Below, one piece after another: positions 8,776 to 18,495 of a DNA stretch of 32,000 nt (position 1 is its first letter; each line of letters begins with the position of its first letter). The notes beneath the pieces are model-generated. The model was given only the letters and a program-made list of their open reading frames with translations, was not told the DNA's origin and ran no database searches. The stretch lies in assembly GCF_001866075.4 (NCBI RefSeq), contig NZ_CP063356.2:826164-858163 (forward strand), given 5' to 3'. A program made the translations under genes and the position numbers. The DNA comes from Anaerobacillus isosaccharinicus. GTDB lineage: Bacteria; Bacillota; Bacilli; Bacillales; Anaerobacillaceae.

Positions 8776-9318
8776 ATGAATAAAGGAAATGTACGTGAAG
8801 AGATAAAAAAAAAGTTACTAGAGATGAATGATATAGACTATTGGGCGCTATCTACAAGGATTAAGGACGAGCTCATTAATAGCAATGAATGGGCAGAGGC
8901 ATTGACGATTGGATTAACCATCTCTACTGGCAGAGAAGTTGATACAAAAGAAATTATTGAAGAAGGATGGCGGCAAAACAAGCGCATTGTTGTTCCGAAA
9001 TGTTTTCCTAAAAACAGGGAGTTGAGGTTTTATCAATTTAACTCTTTTCAAGAAGTTGAGGACAGCTTTTATTCATTAAAAGAACCAATTATTTCAGTCA
9101 CTCCTTATGTACCAAAAAATGAGATTGATCTTATGGTTGTCCCAGGTATTGTTTATGACAAAAGAGGGTTTCGTATCGGTTATGGTGGTGGCTATTATGA
9201 CCGCTACTTGTCTAATTATACAAATAAAACAATATCTCTTGCTTTTGGACTTCAAATTGTTGACGAAGTACCCGTTGAAGAACATGATGTTGCTGTAGAG
9301 AAATTAATTAGCATATAA
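8776..9318 (+). CDS. yqgN: 5-formyltetrahydrofolate cyclo-ligase
   Basis: 180 aa with the family signature DLMVVPGIVYDKRGFRIGYGGGYYDR. Its position after rpmG matches B. subtilis yqgN. Confidence 0.85.
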   Translation: MNKGNVREEIKKKLLEMNDIDYWALSTRIKDELINSNEWAEALTIGLTISTGREVDTKEIIEEGWRQNKRIVVPKCFPKNRELRFYQFNSFQEVEDSFYSLKEPIISVTPYVPKNEIDLMVVPGIVYDKRGFRIGYGGGYYDRYLSNYTNKTISLAFGLQIVDEVPVEEHDVAVEKLISI

Positions 9319-9337
9319 AGGGTTTGGAGGATATTTA

Positions 9338-10354
9338 ATGGAAAATTTAGAGCGTTATTCTAGACAAATACTATTTCAGCCTATTGGAGAAGAAGGGCAA
9401 AAAAAACTTGCGACTAAGAAAGTCCTAATTGTGGGAATGGGGGCACTAGGGACGGTTTTAGCTAATCATCTTGTTCGTGCAGGGGTTGGCCACGTTCGGT
9501 TTGCGGATCGGGATTATGTTGAGAAAAGCAATTTACAAAGGCAAATGCTCTTTGATGAGGATGATGTAGTTGAAGCTTTACCCAAAGCCATTGCTGCCGA
9601 AAAGCGTTTAAAGAAAATAAACTCTGACGTAACTGTTGAAGGGATTGTTACCGATGTAACTCTGCAAAACATAGCTGAATTAATGGATGGTGTTGATCTA
9701 GTTTTAGACGGTACAGATAATTTTCAGACTCGCTTTTTAATAAATGATGCTTGTTATAAAAATGAGATCCCTTTTGTCTATGGTGGAGCTGTAAGTTCGA
9801 GAGGTATGTCAGCAATCTTTATCCCTGGAGTTACTCCTTGCCTACGTTGTTTTATCGGTGGAGGAAACTCAACAGGGCAGACCTGTGATACGATTGGGGT
9901 CATATCACCTGTAGTTGATATTGTAGCTTCATTCCAAACGATCGAAGCGTTGAAGTATTTAACGGACAATCATGAAGTTCAACGGAAAAGTTTAATAACT
10001 TTTGATGTATGGAAGCATCATATGTATGAAATGAAATTTTCAAAAAGCAAAGAAAATTGTCCTACTTGTAGCCTACATGAGTACCCTGCACTTGAAGGAG
10101 ACAGTGAACAAACAGTGACATCCCTTTGTGGAAGAGAAACGGTTCAAATAAATATGGGACAGAAATTAGATTTAGATGAGTGGGCGGAGAAATTAAAAAA
10201 AGTTGCAAAAGTTTCAAAAACCCCATTTTTAATTCGAGTTGAGTTAGTTGAAGGTGAAAGATTAGTTTTATTCCCTGACGGTAGAACACTTATACAAGGG
10301 ACAGAGGATATTACTAGAGCTAAGACTTTATACGCAAGATATATCGGTTTGTAA
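9338..10354 (+). CDS. ThiF/MoeB-family E1-like adenylyltransferase
   Basis: GGAGGA RBS. RYSRQ...VLIVGMGALGTVLANHLVRAGVG nucleotide-binding fold. CLRC and CPTC zinc motifs. The length (338 aa) matches Bacillus ThiF/MoeB. Confidence 0.8.
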   Translation: MENLERYSRQILFQPIGEEGQKKLATKKVLIVGMGALGTVLANHLVRAGVGHVRFADRDYVEKSNLQRQMLFDEDDVVEALPKAIAAEKRLKKINSDVTVEGIVTDVTLQNIAELMDGVDLVLDGTDNFQTRFLINDACYKNEIPFVYGGAVSSRGMSAIFIPGVTPCLRCFIGGGNSTGQTCDTIGVISPVVDIVASFQTIEALKYLTDNHEVQRKSLITFDVWKHHMYEMKFSKSKENCPTCSLHEYPALEGDSEQTVTSLCGRETVQINMGQKLDLDEWAEKLKKVAKVSKTPFLIRVELVEGERLVLFPDGRTLIQGTEDITRAKTLYARYIGL

Positions 10355-10479
10355 AAACCTTGTAGTAAAAATTAAAAACAGCTCATGGTTGATTTTGTAA
10401 TAAATTTGTCATGATTAATTACGCTTACATAACAGTTTTCTGTTTCAATCTTGTGTAAGATTGTTTTATGGTAAATTAA

Positions 10480-11460
<981 letters not shown>

Positions 11461-11471
11461 AGATACGCTGT

Positions 11472-11529
11472 AAAACCTAATTTACTTGACTTTTGATAAA
11501 ACAAATTGAATTAGGTTTTTTTATTTTTC
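11472..11529 (+). terminator. Probable terminator after ldh
   Basis: AAAACCTAATT (11472-11482) pairs with AATTAGGTTTT (11508-11518) and is followed by a T-rich tail. The loop is unusually long (~25 nt). Confidence 0.5.
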
Positions 11530-11577
11530 TAGAATAAATAAGTCTCATTAATCAAAACTTAGTAATGAGGTGAAGGA

Positions 11578-11784
11578 ATGATGTTTAATAACAGAAATAA
11601 TGATAACAATATGTTCATGACATTGGTAATTTCAATGGTATCGGTATTCTTTATTTATCAATACAGATACCGATTAATTAATCTTGTATTAGGAACGAGA
11701 TGGATCCGCCGTTTAGCGGTTTCCGGTGCATTACAAATTCCATTTATTCGGGATCGGTTTTATTCAAGGTTTATGCCATTCTAA
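11578..11784 (+). CDS. Small membrane protein, function unknown
   Basis: 68-aa ORF with GAGGTGAAGGA RBS, one hydrophobic segment and its own terminator. Confidence 0.5.
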   Translation: MMFNNRNNDNNMFMTLVISMVSVFFIYQYRYRLINLVLGTRWIRRLAVSGALQIPFIRDRFYSRFMPF

Positions 11785-11810
11785 AATTGGAAATAGTTAA
11801 ATGATTAGTA

Positions 11811-11840
11811 AGAGAAGTGGGCAAATGTCCACTTCTTTTT
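11811..11840 (+). terminator. Rho-independent terminator
   Basis: AGAGAAGTGG / CCACTTCTTT stem with an 8-nt loop, followed by a T run to 11840. Confidence 0.8.
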
Positions 11841-11906
11841 CAATATTAAGTACTTCATTCGAAAATATAGGTAATGATTGGTATAATCATTCTAAGGGGG
11901 AGTAAC

Positions 11907-12644
11907 ATGAGATGGAAAACGATTTGTTTCGATTTGGACAATACACTTTTTAGTCATGAAAAGGCATTTGAGAAGTCAATTTGTTTTTGTTTTGAATCTG
12001 TTCTTAAGAAAAAGGATCTCCTTAAAGACATTGAGATAAGTGAGCTTTTTAAGGTTTTTAAAAAATATAGTGACCTTTTTTGGACAGATTATGAGAATGG
12101 GGTTTTGTCGCCACAGGAGTACCGCAGAAAGAGGTTTTTAAGTACTGTAGAAAATTTCAAGTTACCATTCACTACTCTAGAAGCAGATGAATTTCATCAA
12201 CATTATTACCGTGTTGTTGATGATTTTAGTGAGCCATACCCCTATTTACACTCTTTAATAAGTAATTTAATCGAAGCAGATATAAAAGTAGGTATTATTA
12301 CAAATGGGACTGCCGATACTCAATATAATAAAATAAATAAATTAGAGCTTAATGAATGGATATCAAATGATTGTATTTTCGTTTCAGAAGAATTAAAGAT
12401 ATGGAAACCAGACAGAAAAATATTTGATTTAGCAAAAGCAAATTTATGCTCAGAAGGTGACTATCTGTTTGTGGGCGATTCTTGGGAGCATGATGTTGTT
12501 GGTGCAATAGAAGCGGGCTGGGATGCTATATTTTTAAATACAAGAGAAGAGGAACCTAAAACAAACCATAACCCAGTGAAAATTTGTCTTAGCCTCCAGG
12601 ACGTTGCTACATTTATTTATCATGAAAACAAGTTGGAAGGATGA
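11907..12644 (+). CDS. HAD-superfamily (subfamily IA-like) hydrolase
   Basis: The ATG at 11907 (AAGGGGGAG RBS) gives MRWKTICFDLDNTLF (DxDxT motif I). VGIITNG is motif II-like and LFVGDSWEHDV is motif IV-like. Confidence 0.75.
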   Translation: MRWKTICFDLDNTLFSHEKAFEKSICFCFESVLKKKDLLKDIEISELFKVFKKYSDLFWTDYENGVLSPQEYRRKRFLSTVENFKLPFTTLEADEFHQHYYRVVDDFSEPYPYLHSLISNLIEADIKVGIITNGTADTQYNKINKLELNEWISNDCIFVSEELKIWKPDRKIFDLAKANLCSEGDYLFVGDSWEHDVVGAIEAGWDAIFLNTREEEPKTNHNPVKICLSLQDVATFIYHENKLEG

Positions 12645-12648
12645 AACT

Positions 12649-14205
12649 ATGGACGGATTAAGCCAAGACGCTTACTATTGGCAATTTATTCATCATCTTG
12701 TCGTAAACGCAGGTATGAGGGCATTTCAAGTAAAATCTGATGAAAAAGAAATTTGGTTAGAAAAAGAGAATTCCGATGAAACAACCGTTGTTCGCATCTA
12801 TCGTAGAGACATGGACTGGAGTAACTATATTGCTAGAGATCTAGAGAAATTGGCTAAAGATAGTGAAAAAATTCGCAAAGAGTTCAAAAGTAGGCGGCTT
12901 AAAATCATCAATATTTATATCTCTACTTTTTTGCCTGTTGATTCCTTTGAGAACTTTCTTGAAAAATCATTTGTCACAAAAAATAACCGTGTTAGTATCG
13001 AAACGTTTATCATTGATACTGAAAGAGAAAATAGGCTAGGAGTTTCGAAGTTATCTGAGCTACTAGATTGCCAAATCCCTGAATTATATCACGATCATTA
13101 CACTGCAGAAGATATTCATCGGTATCGTCGTGAGGTTGTCACAATTTCAGACAAACAATTTAAAAAAGAAAAAGCTTTGTTCACCTATGGGAAGCCTTTT
13201 TTTACATATTTAATTTTACTAAACGTCCTTGTCATCTTTGGTTTTATGGAGTTCTATGGGAGTAGTACGAGTTTATTGACGTTAGTCGAATTCGGTGCAA
13301 AATATGATCCCCTTATCCATCAAGGAGAATGGTGGCGCTTTTTTACAGCTATATTTTTACATATTGGATTTTTACACCTATTTATGAATTCTTTTGCGCT
13401 TTTTTATTTAGGAGGTGCTGTGGAACGAATATACGGCACGCCAAGGTTTGTCTTTATTTATTTGGTTGCTGGATTAATGGGTTCTATGAGTAGCTTTGCT
13501 TTTAACAGTCAAGTATCTGCGGGTGCTTCTGGGGCTATTTTTGGTTGCTTTGGAGCGTTGCTTTACTTTGGGTTAATTCACCGTAAATTATTTTTAAGAA
13601 CAATGGGAGTTAACATCATTGTTATAATTATCATTAATCTTGCGCTAGGATTTATGATACCAATGATTGATAATAGTGCTCATATTGGTGGATTAGTGGG
13701 AGGGTTTTTAGCTTCAGCAATTTTACATTTACCAAGACATAAGATTAGAAAACAACAATTTATCACATTTATCGTAACTGCAGGAGCATTTAGTGGGTTA
13801 TTACTCTATGGTTTTACTATTCAAGAAGATGTGGAAAAAATGCATCTAATTAACATTCAAATAGCTCAGGAGCTACTGCAAAGAGGGGAGATTGAGCGAG
13901 CATACCCTTTACTGAAAGAAGCGGTTGAGCATGATGTAGAGGTTGTTGAAGCCAATTTTTTGTTAGCTTATAGTGAAGCCAGATTAGGCTTATTAAAAGA
14001 TGCTGAAAAAAATTTGCTAATTACTATTGAACAGCGCCCGTACCTACACGAAGCTCATTTTAATTTGTCATTAGTCTATTTTGAATTAAGACAGTATTTA
14101 GATGCCTATCGTTCTGTTGAAAAGGCACTAGAATTAAACCCAAACACAGGGGACTATATTGAGTTAAAAACTACGATTGAAAAGGTGCTGGAAAAAATAG
14201 GTTAA
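12649..14205 (+). CDS. gluP: Rhomboid intramembrane serine protease with an N-terminal cytosolic domain and C-terminal TPR repeats
   Basis: The ATG at 12649 (GGAAGGA RBS 7 nt upstream) is preferred over the ORF-track TTG at 12604. Motifs: WWRFFTAIFLHIGFLHLFMN, catalytic GASGAIFG and AHIGGLVGG, plus a TPR-like C-terminus. The architecture matches B. subtilis YqgP/GluP. Confidence 0.9.
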   Translation: MDGLSQDAYYWQFIHHLVVNAGMRAFQVKSDEKEIWLEKENSDETTVVRIYRRDMDWSNYIARDLEKLAKDSEKIRKEFKSRRLKIINIYISTFLPVDSFENFLEKSFVTKNNRVSIETFIIDTERENRLGVSKLSELLDCQIPELYHDHYTAEDIHRYRREVVTISDKQFKKEKALFTYGKPFFTYLILLNVLVIFGFMEFYGSSTSLLTLVEFGAKYDPLIHQGEWWRFFTAIFLHIGFLHLFMNSFALFYLGGAVERIYGTPRFVFIYLVAGLMGSMSSFAFNSQVSAGASGAIFGCFGALLYFGLIHRKLFLRTMGVNIIVIIIINLALGFMIPMIDNSAHIGGLVGGFLASAILHLPRHKIRKQQFITFIVTAGAFSGLLLYGFTIQEDVEKMHLINIQIAQELLQRGEIERAYPLLKEAVEHDVEVVEANFLLAYSEARLGLLKDAEKNLLITIEQRPYLHEAHFNLSLVYFELRQYLDAYRSVEKALELNPNTGDYIELKTTIEKVLEKIG

Positions 14206-14277
14206 TGTAGAATGTAGAAATTCGTGAACGAGAAGCCTCGGAGACTCTACTTTCACAATTTTACATTCTACATTTTT
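14204..14277. terminator. Long inverted repeat built from GAATGTA heptamers between convergent genes (bidirectional terminator candidate)
   Basis: AATGTAGAATGTAGAA (14204-14219) pairs over 16 bp (one G-U) with TTTTACATTCTACATT (14259-14274) around a 39-nt loop. A T run follows at 14273-14277. The element overlaps the gluP stop codon. Confidence 0.6.
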
Positions 14278-14278
14278 A

Positions 14279-15157
14279 TTAAAATCTACCAGTATTTTTA
14301 ATGACACTATATTTTTCCCCATCCTTATTAGTGAAAACAATAATAATATGTGAATACGTGTTGTGATAGAGAATGAGGGGAATGCTACTGCCTACGGGAC
14401 TTAAAATCGTTCCGTCATGCTTTTCTATTCCTAGAAAATAATATTTATAGATAGAACTCCATGTAAGAGCTATCATTTCTTTTGTGTCCTCAATTGTTAA
14501 ATTTGGTAGTGATGTATTATTATATTCATATAGGTTTGTTAATGGTACCGAGTGGTAGTTCTCTGCTTTAACTTGAAAGTAGTCAATAAGTTCCTCCCAA
14601 GTATATTGCAAGTTTTGATTAATGATCGTATCTAAAACTCTTTTTCCTTCTTTTTCAGAAGGAGTTTGTGGACTTTTAAAGAATTCTATCGGACTTAACG
14701 GGGAGTCTAGTATATACATTTGATCATAACTCATTGATTGTACGCTTTTTGTTACATCATTGGGGTAATGGAATTGCCCGTAATGAAAAGTAATTGTCTC
14801 AAAGTGTCCACTATCTTCACCAGATATTTTTGCTGTTTGGGTCAATTTTTGACTGTTTTCTTTAGTCTGTGATAGTGTTTCTTTTAACCGCCCATCTTCA
14901 AACAATAAAGAGATATCGTGGGCGATGTACATCTTTTCGTTAATTTCAGAGCTTGTTTTCCATTCCATCGTATATTCATCTTCATCATGTTGATCAATCA
15001 ATTGGAGTGTTGTTTTAACTTGCTTAAATTTCTTCTTCTCATCTATAGGGTAATTCGCAATTGTTTCTTGAACTGTTTCTTTCAAAGTTGTGAAATAATA
15101 AAGTAGACTTCCAGTCAAAAATGCTATAATTACGGTCCCAACTAGTAATTTTTTCAA
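14279..15157 (-). CDS. N-terminally membrane-anchored hypothetical protein (292 aa)
   Basis: Long ORF with a single N-terminal TM segment (LLVGTVIIAFLTGSLLYYF). I recognise no family motif. Confidence 0.6.
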   Translation of the reverse strand: MKKLLVGTVIIAFLTGSLLYYFTTLKETVQETIANYPIDEKKKFKQVKTTLQLIDQHDEDEYTMEWKTSSEINEKMYIAHDISLLFEDGRLKETLSQTKENSQKLTQTAKISGEDSGHFETITFHYGQFHYPNDVTKSVQSMSYDQMYILDSPLSPIEFFKSPQTPSEKEGKRVLDTIINQNLQYTWEELIDYFQVKAENYHSVPLTNLYEYNNTSLPNLTIEDTKEMIALTWSSIYKYYFLGIEKHDGTILSPVGSSIPLILYHNTYSHIIIVFTNKDGEKYSVIKNTGRF

Positions 15158-15240
15158 TGATAATCCCTCCTCGGACAGCCTATCTAACTTTATGATGTAT
15201 GGAAGCTAAATATGATTACAAAACTTAAGGAGTGTATGAA

Positions 15241-16290
15241 ATGTCTTTTAATGTGAATACAAATGAAGTAATTAGTTTAATAGAGAACTTAGTCAAAATT
15301 CCAAGTCCTTCAGGAAACACTGAAAAGGTAATTAATTTCGTTGAAAATTATTGTAATGAATTGCAGCTTCAATCATTTCGTAATAGAAAAGGTGGATTAG
15401 TCATTTCTGTCAATGGGACTGACAATACAAGACATCGAATGGTAACTGCACATGTTGATACATTAGGAGCAATGGTTAAAGAAATCAAGAAAAATGGTCG
15501 GTTGAAATTATCAATGATTGGAGGTTTTCGCTGGAACTCAGTAGAGGGCGAGTACTGTCAAATTGAAACAAGTGAGGGAACTGTCTTTTCTGGCACAATC
15601 TTAATGCAACAAGCATCAGTTCACGTCTATAAGGATGCCGGGACTGCTGAGCGGGACGAGAAGAATATTGAGGTTCGAATTGATGAAAAGGTAGAAAATG
15701 ATGAAGACGTAAAAGCTCTTGGAATTTCAGTTGGCGATTTTGTTTCTTTTGAACCTAGATTTGAAAGGACCGCTAATGGATTTATCAAATCTCGTCATTT
15801 AGATGACAAAGCAAGCGTAGCTATATTACTTAATTTACTAAAAGAAATAAAAGAAAATAATCTGAAATTACCGTATACTACTCATTTTCTTATCTCAAAT
15901 AATGAAGAAATTGGCTACGGTGGTAACTCCAATATTACACCAGAAACAGTGGAGTATTTAGCTGTAGATATGGGAGCAATCGGTGTCGGTCAAACGACGA
16001 CTGAGTACTGTGTTTCTATATGCGCGAAAGATTCTAGTGGTCCATATAACTTGCGCTTAAAGAATAAACTTGTCGAACTAGCTAAAAAGCATAAACTTAA
16101 TTATGAAGTTGATATCTATCCATATTACGGTTCAGATGCCTCCGCAGCAATCCGTTCAGGGAGTGATATCGTTCATGGCTTAATTGGACCAGGAATTTCA
16201 GAGTCCCATGCAAATGAAAGAACCCACGAATCTTCGTTGGAAAATACTAGCAAATTAATTTATCATTACTTACTTTCAGAGATGGTATAG
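15241..16290 (+). CDS. M42-family metallo-aminopeptidase (FrvX/YsdC/PepA-like)
   Basis: The ATG at 15241 (AAGGAG 8 nt upstream) is preferred over the GTG at 15232. Family-like blocks: IPSPSGNTEKV, MVTAHVDTLGAMVKEI, HLDDKASVAILL, SNNEEIGYGG. Confidence 0.75.
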   Translation: MSFNVNTNEVISLIENLVKIPSPSGNTEKVINFVENYCNELQLQSFRNRKGGLVISVNGTDNTRHRMVTAHVDTLGAMVKEIKKNGRLKLSMIGGFRWNSVEGEYCQIETSEGTVFSGTILMQQASVHVYKDAGTAERDEKNIEVRIDEKVENDEDVKALGISVGDFVSFEPRFERTANGFIKSRHLDDKASVAILLNLLKEIKENNLKLPYTTHFLISNNEEIGYGGNSNITPETVEYLAVDMGAIGVGQTTTEYCVSICAKDSSGPYNLRLKNKLVELAKKHKLNYEVDIYPYYGSDASAAIRSGSDIVHGLIGPGISESHANERTHESSLENTSKLIYHYLLSEMV

Positions 16291-16294
16291 TTGT

Positions 16295-16360
16295 GAATTA
16301 TGAATTATGAATTATGAATTATGAATTATGAATTATGAATTATGAATTATGAATTATGAA
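16295..16360. repeat. Tandem heptanucleotide array (GAATTAT) x9 plus a partial unit
   Basis: Nine perfect units span 16295-16357, followed by GAA. The array begins 5 nt after the M42 peptidase stop codon and abuts the terminator. Stop codons occur in every frame. Confidence 0.95.
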
Positions 16361-16392
16361 AAAAACTTGCGAATTTTTCACAAGTTTTTTTT
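16361..16392. terminator. Rho-independent terminator (A-tract / hairpin / T-tract, potentially bidirectional)
   Basis: AAAAACTTG (16361-16369) pairs with CAAGTTTTT (16381-16389) around an 11-nt loop. The T run extends to 16392. Confidence 0.75.
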
Positions 16393-16473
16393 GTAATCTA
16401 AATAGTTGTGTAAGATGTTTGCATGGATTTTTCCACTTTTGCTAAAAATGTAATTAAAGTGGAGGCGGTAAAA

Positions 16474-17937
16474 ATGTCATATGAAGAAATTCAGCACCTT
16501 GCATCTGAAAACTTTGAGGATAATATTAAATATTTAAGCAAAGAACTTGGTGTCGATAAAAGTTTCGATATAATAAGAGTCGATCTTAGATATGCTAGTA
16601 AAAAAATGGCCCTATTTATTGTTGATGGGTTTGCCAAAGATGAGGCTTTAACCCAAATACAAAGAGAGTTTATGGTTATAAAAGAAGAAGAACTAAAAGA
16701 AGATGCCCTACAAACAATTATTAAATCTAAAATTCCTTATGTGGAAATAGATACAGAAAAAGATTTAGATAAAGTTGTAGATCAAGTTCTTGCAGGTCCT
16801 GCTGCTTTAGTTGTTGAGGGGCTTGATGAAGTAATTTTAATTGATACTAGGACATATCCAGTTCGAGGTCTTGAAGAACCTAATACTGAGCAAGTAATTA
16901 GAGGTGCAAAAGATGGTTTTGTAGAAACAATAATTTTTAACACTGCTTTAACAAGAAGAAGGGTAAGAGATCGAACGCTCCGCAATGAATACTTGACGGT
17001 AGGACGACGTTCTAAAACGGATCTATGCGTTTCCTACATTGAAGATATTGCTGACCCATTACTAGTTAAACATATTAAAAAAGCACTTGAAAAAATCGAT
17101 ACTGATGGATTGCCAATGGGTGACAAAACAATCGAGGAATATTTATTTGGACAGCATTACAATCCCTATCCACTCGTTAGGTATACTGAAAGACCTGATG
17201 TTGCGGCATCCCACCTATTTGAAGGACATGTACTAATTATGGTTGATGGCTCACCTAGTGTAATTATTACACCAACAACGTTTTGGCATCACCTACAACA
17301 TGCGGAAGAATATCGACAAAAGCCGATTATCGGTATTGCTTTGAGGTTAGTAAGATTTTCAGCAGTCTGGGCTTCAATTTTTCTATTACCTTTGTGGCTA
17401 TTATTCGCTACAAACCAAGCGCTCCTTCCAGTTGGGTTAGAATACATTGGACCAAACGAAACAGGTAGTGTACCTTTGTTAGCTCAGTTTCTCATTGCTG
17501 AAGTTGGAATTGAAATGCTCAGAATGGCCGCCATACATACGCCGTCTGCTTTAGCGACAGCTTTAGGTCTTGTGGCTGCAATTTTAATTGGACAAGTTGC
17601 AATTGATGTAGGGTTATTTTCATCTGAAGTCGTATTGTACTTGGCTGTAGCAGCTGTAGGTTCCTTTGCTACTCCAAGTTATGAAATGAGCTTAGCTAAT
17701 CGTTTAATTCGAGTTGTTCTCTTACTAGCAACTGGATTTTTTAACGTATTTGGGTACGTGATTTCAATTACATTGCTATTTTTATTGCTCACAACAATGA
17801 GGGTTTATCAAACCCCTTATTTATGGCCATTTATGCCTTTTTCTGCACTTAGTTTTCGTGATGTTATTTTTAGATCACCAATACCATTAAAAAGACAAAG
17901 GCCAGAAGCAATTCATCCTTTAGATGAAGATCGATAG
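16474..17937 (+). CDS. GerA-family A-subunit-like spore germination protein (GerAA/SpoVAF-like), orphan
   Basis: The ATG at 16474 (GGAGG 9 nt upstream) is preferred. A soluble N-terminal domain is followed by ~5 TM segments, and blocks such as VDGFAKDE, VEGLDEVILIDTRTYPVRG and AASHLFEGHVLIMVDGSPSVIITP are typical of GerAA/SpoVAF proteins. No adjacent B or C subunit genes are present. Confidence 0.75.
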   Translation: MSYEEIQHLASENFEDNIKYLSKELGVDKSFDIIRVDLRYASKKMALFIVDGFAKDEALTQIQREFMVIKEEELKEDALQTIIKSKIPYVEIDTEKDLDKVVDQVLAGPAALVVEGLDEVILIDTRTYPVRGLEEPNTEQVIRGAKDGFVETIIFNTALTRRRVRDRTLRNEYLTVGRRSKTDLCVSYIEDIADPLLVKHIKKALEKIDTDGLPMGDKTIEEYLFGQHYNPYPLVRYTERPDVAASHLFEGHVLIMVDGSPSVIITPTTFWHHLQHAEEYRQKPIIGIALRLVRFSAVWASIFLLPLWLLFATNQALLPVGLEYIGPNETGSVPLLAQFLIAEVGIEMLRMAAIHTPSALATALGLVAAILIGQVAIDVGLFSSEVVLYLAVAAVGSFATPSYEMSLANRLIRVVLLLATGFFNVFGYVISITLLFLLLTTMRVYQTPYLWPFMPFSALSFRDVIFRSPIPLKRQRPEAIHPLDEDR

Positions 17938-17955
17938 GGTGTACATTCTTCCAAT

Positions 17956-17986
17956 AAAAACGGGTGGCCTAGTGCCACCCGTTTTT
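17956..17986. terminator. Bidirectional Rho-independent terminator between convergent genes
   Basis: AAAAACGGGTGGC / GCCACCCGTTTTT is a 13-bp stem with a 5-nt loop, flanked by an A-tract and a T-tract. Confidence 0.9.
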
Positions 17987-18389
17987 ATTCACCCATATCT
18001 CGTTTAAACGTTTCGTCTTCAATGAAAAAAGTATATTCTTTTCCTGAATTAATCGCTGTACTGCTCGCTAGCACAAGTCCAATCGGAGTATCGTGACCAT
18101 CATTAACAATTGTAAAAGGTATGTTGTGCTTCGATGCTTCCTTAATATAGTTTGAATAAATATTATATGATAACTCTCCATTTAAAAATAAGTGTAAATC
18201 TTTTTTTGAGCTCATAACATCAATGGCTTCGGGGTACATTCCTTTATGTATCACTTGCTTGTTTGTTAATGCTAAGTATATTCGCTCGCTAATTGTTGAT
18301 AAAAATAAAGCCCGTTCTTCTGGAAGTGTCTCAGCCATGCCACGTATTCCTTGAAGTAAGACTTGCTCTAATTTACTTTTCTGTTGCAT
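17985..18389 (-). CDS. YueI-like protein (DUF1694 family)
   Basis: The ATG at 18389 (AAAGGAGG 7 nt upstream) is preferred over 18407. The pattern LQGIRGMAETLPEERALFLSTISERIYLALT...PIGLVLAS resembles B. subtilis YueI. Confidence 0.6.
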   Translation of the reverse strand: MQQKSKLEQVLLQGIRGMAETLPEERALFLSTISERIYLALTNKQVIHKGMYPEAIDVMSSKKDLHLFLNGELSYNIYSNYIKEASKHNIPFTIVNDGHDTPIGLVLASSTAINSGKEYTFFIEDETFKRDMGE

Positions 18390-18495
18390 ATTTGTTCCTC
18401 CTTTCATTTTCCCTAAAACAATTTCAATTTCTTGTCCTTAATATAAACATCCGTACATAAACTAATACAAGTATTTAAATTGAGGTGAGGTACTT

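Noticed and set aside
16295-16360. Heptamer tandem arrays (here and at 24704-24733) considered as CRISPR-like arrays
   Set aside because: The units are 7 nt and directly abutting, with no spacers. There are no cas genes or leader. They are microsatellite-type repeats, not CRISPR.
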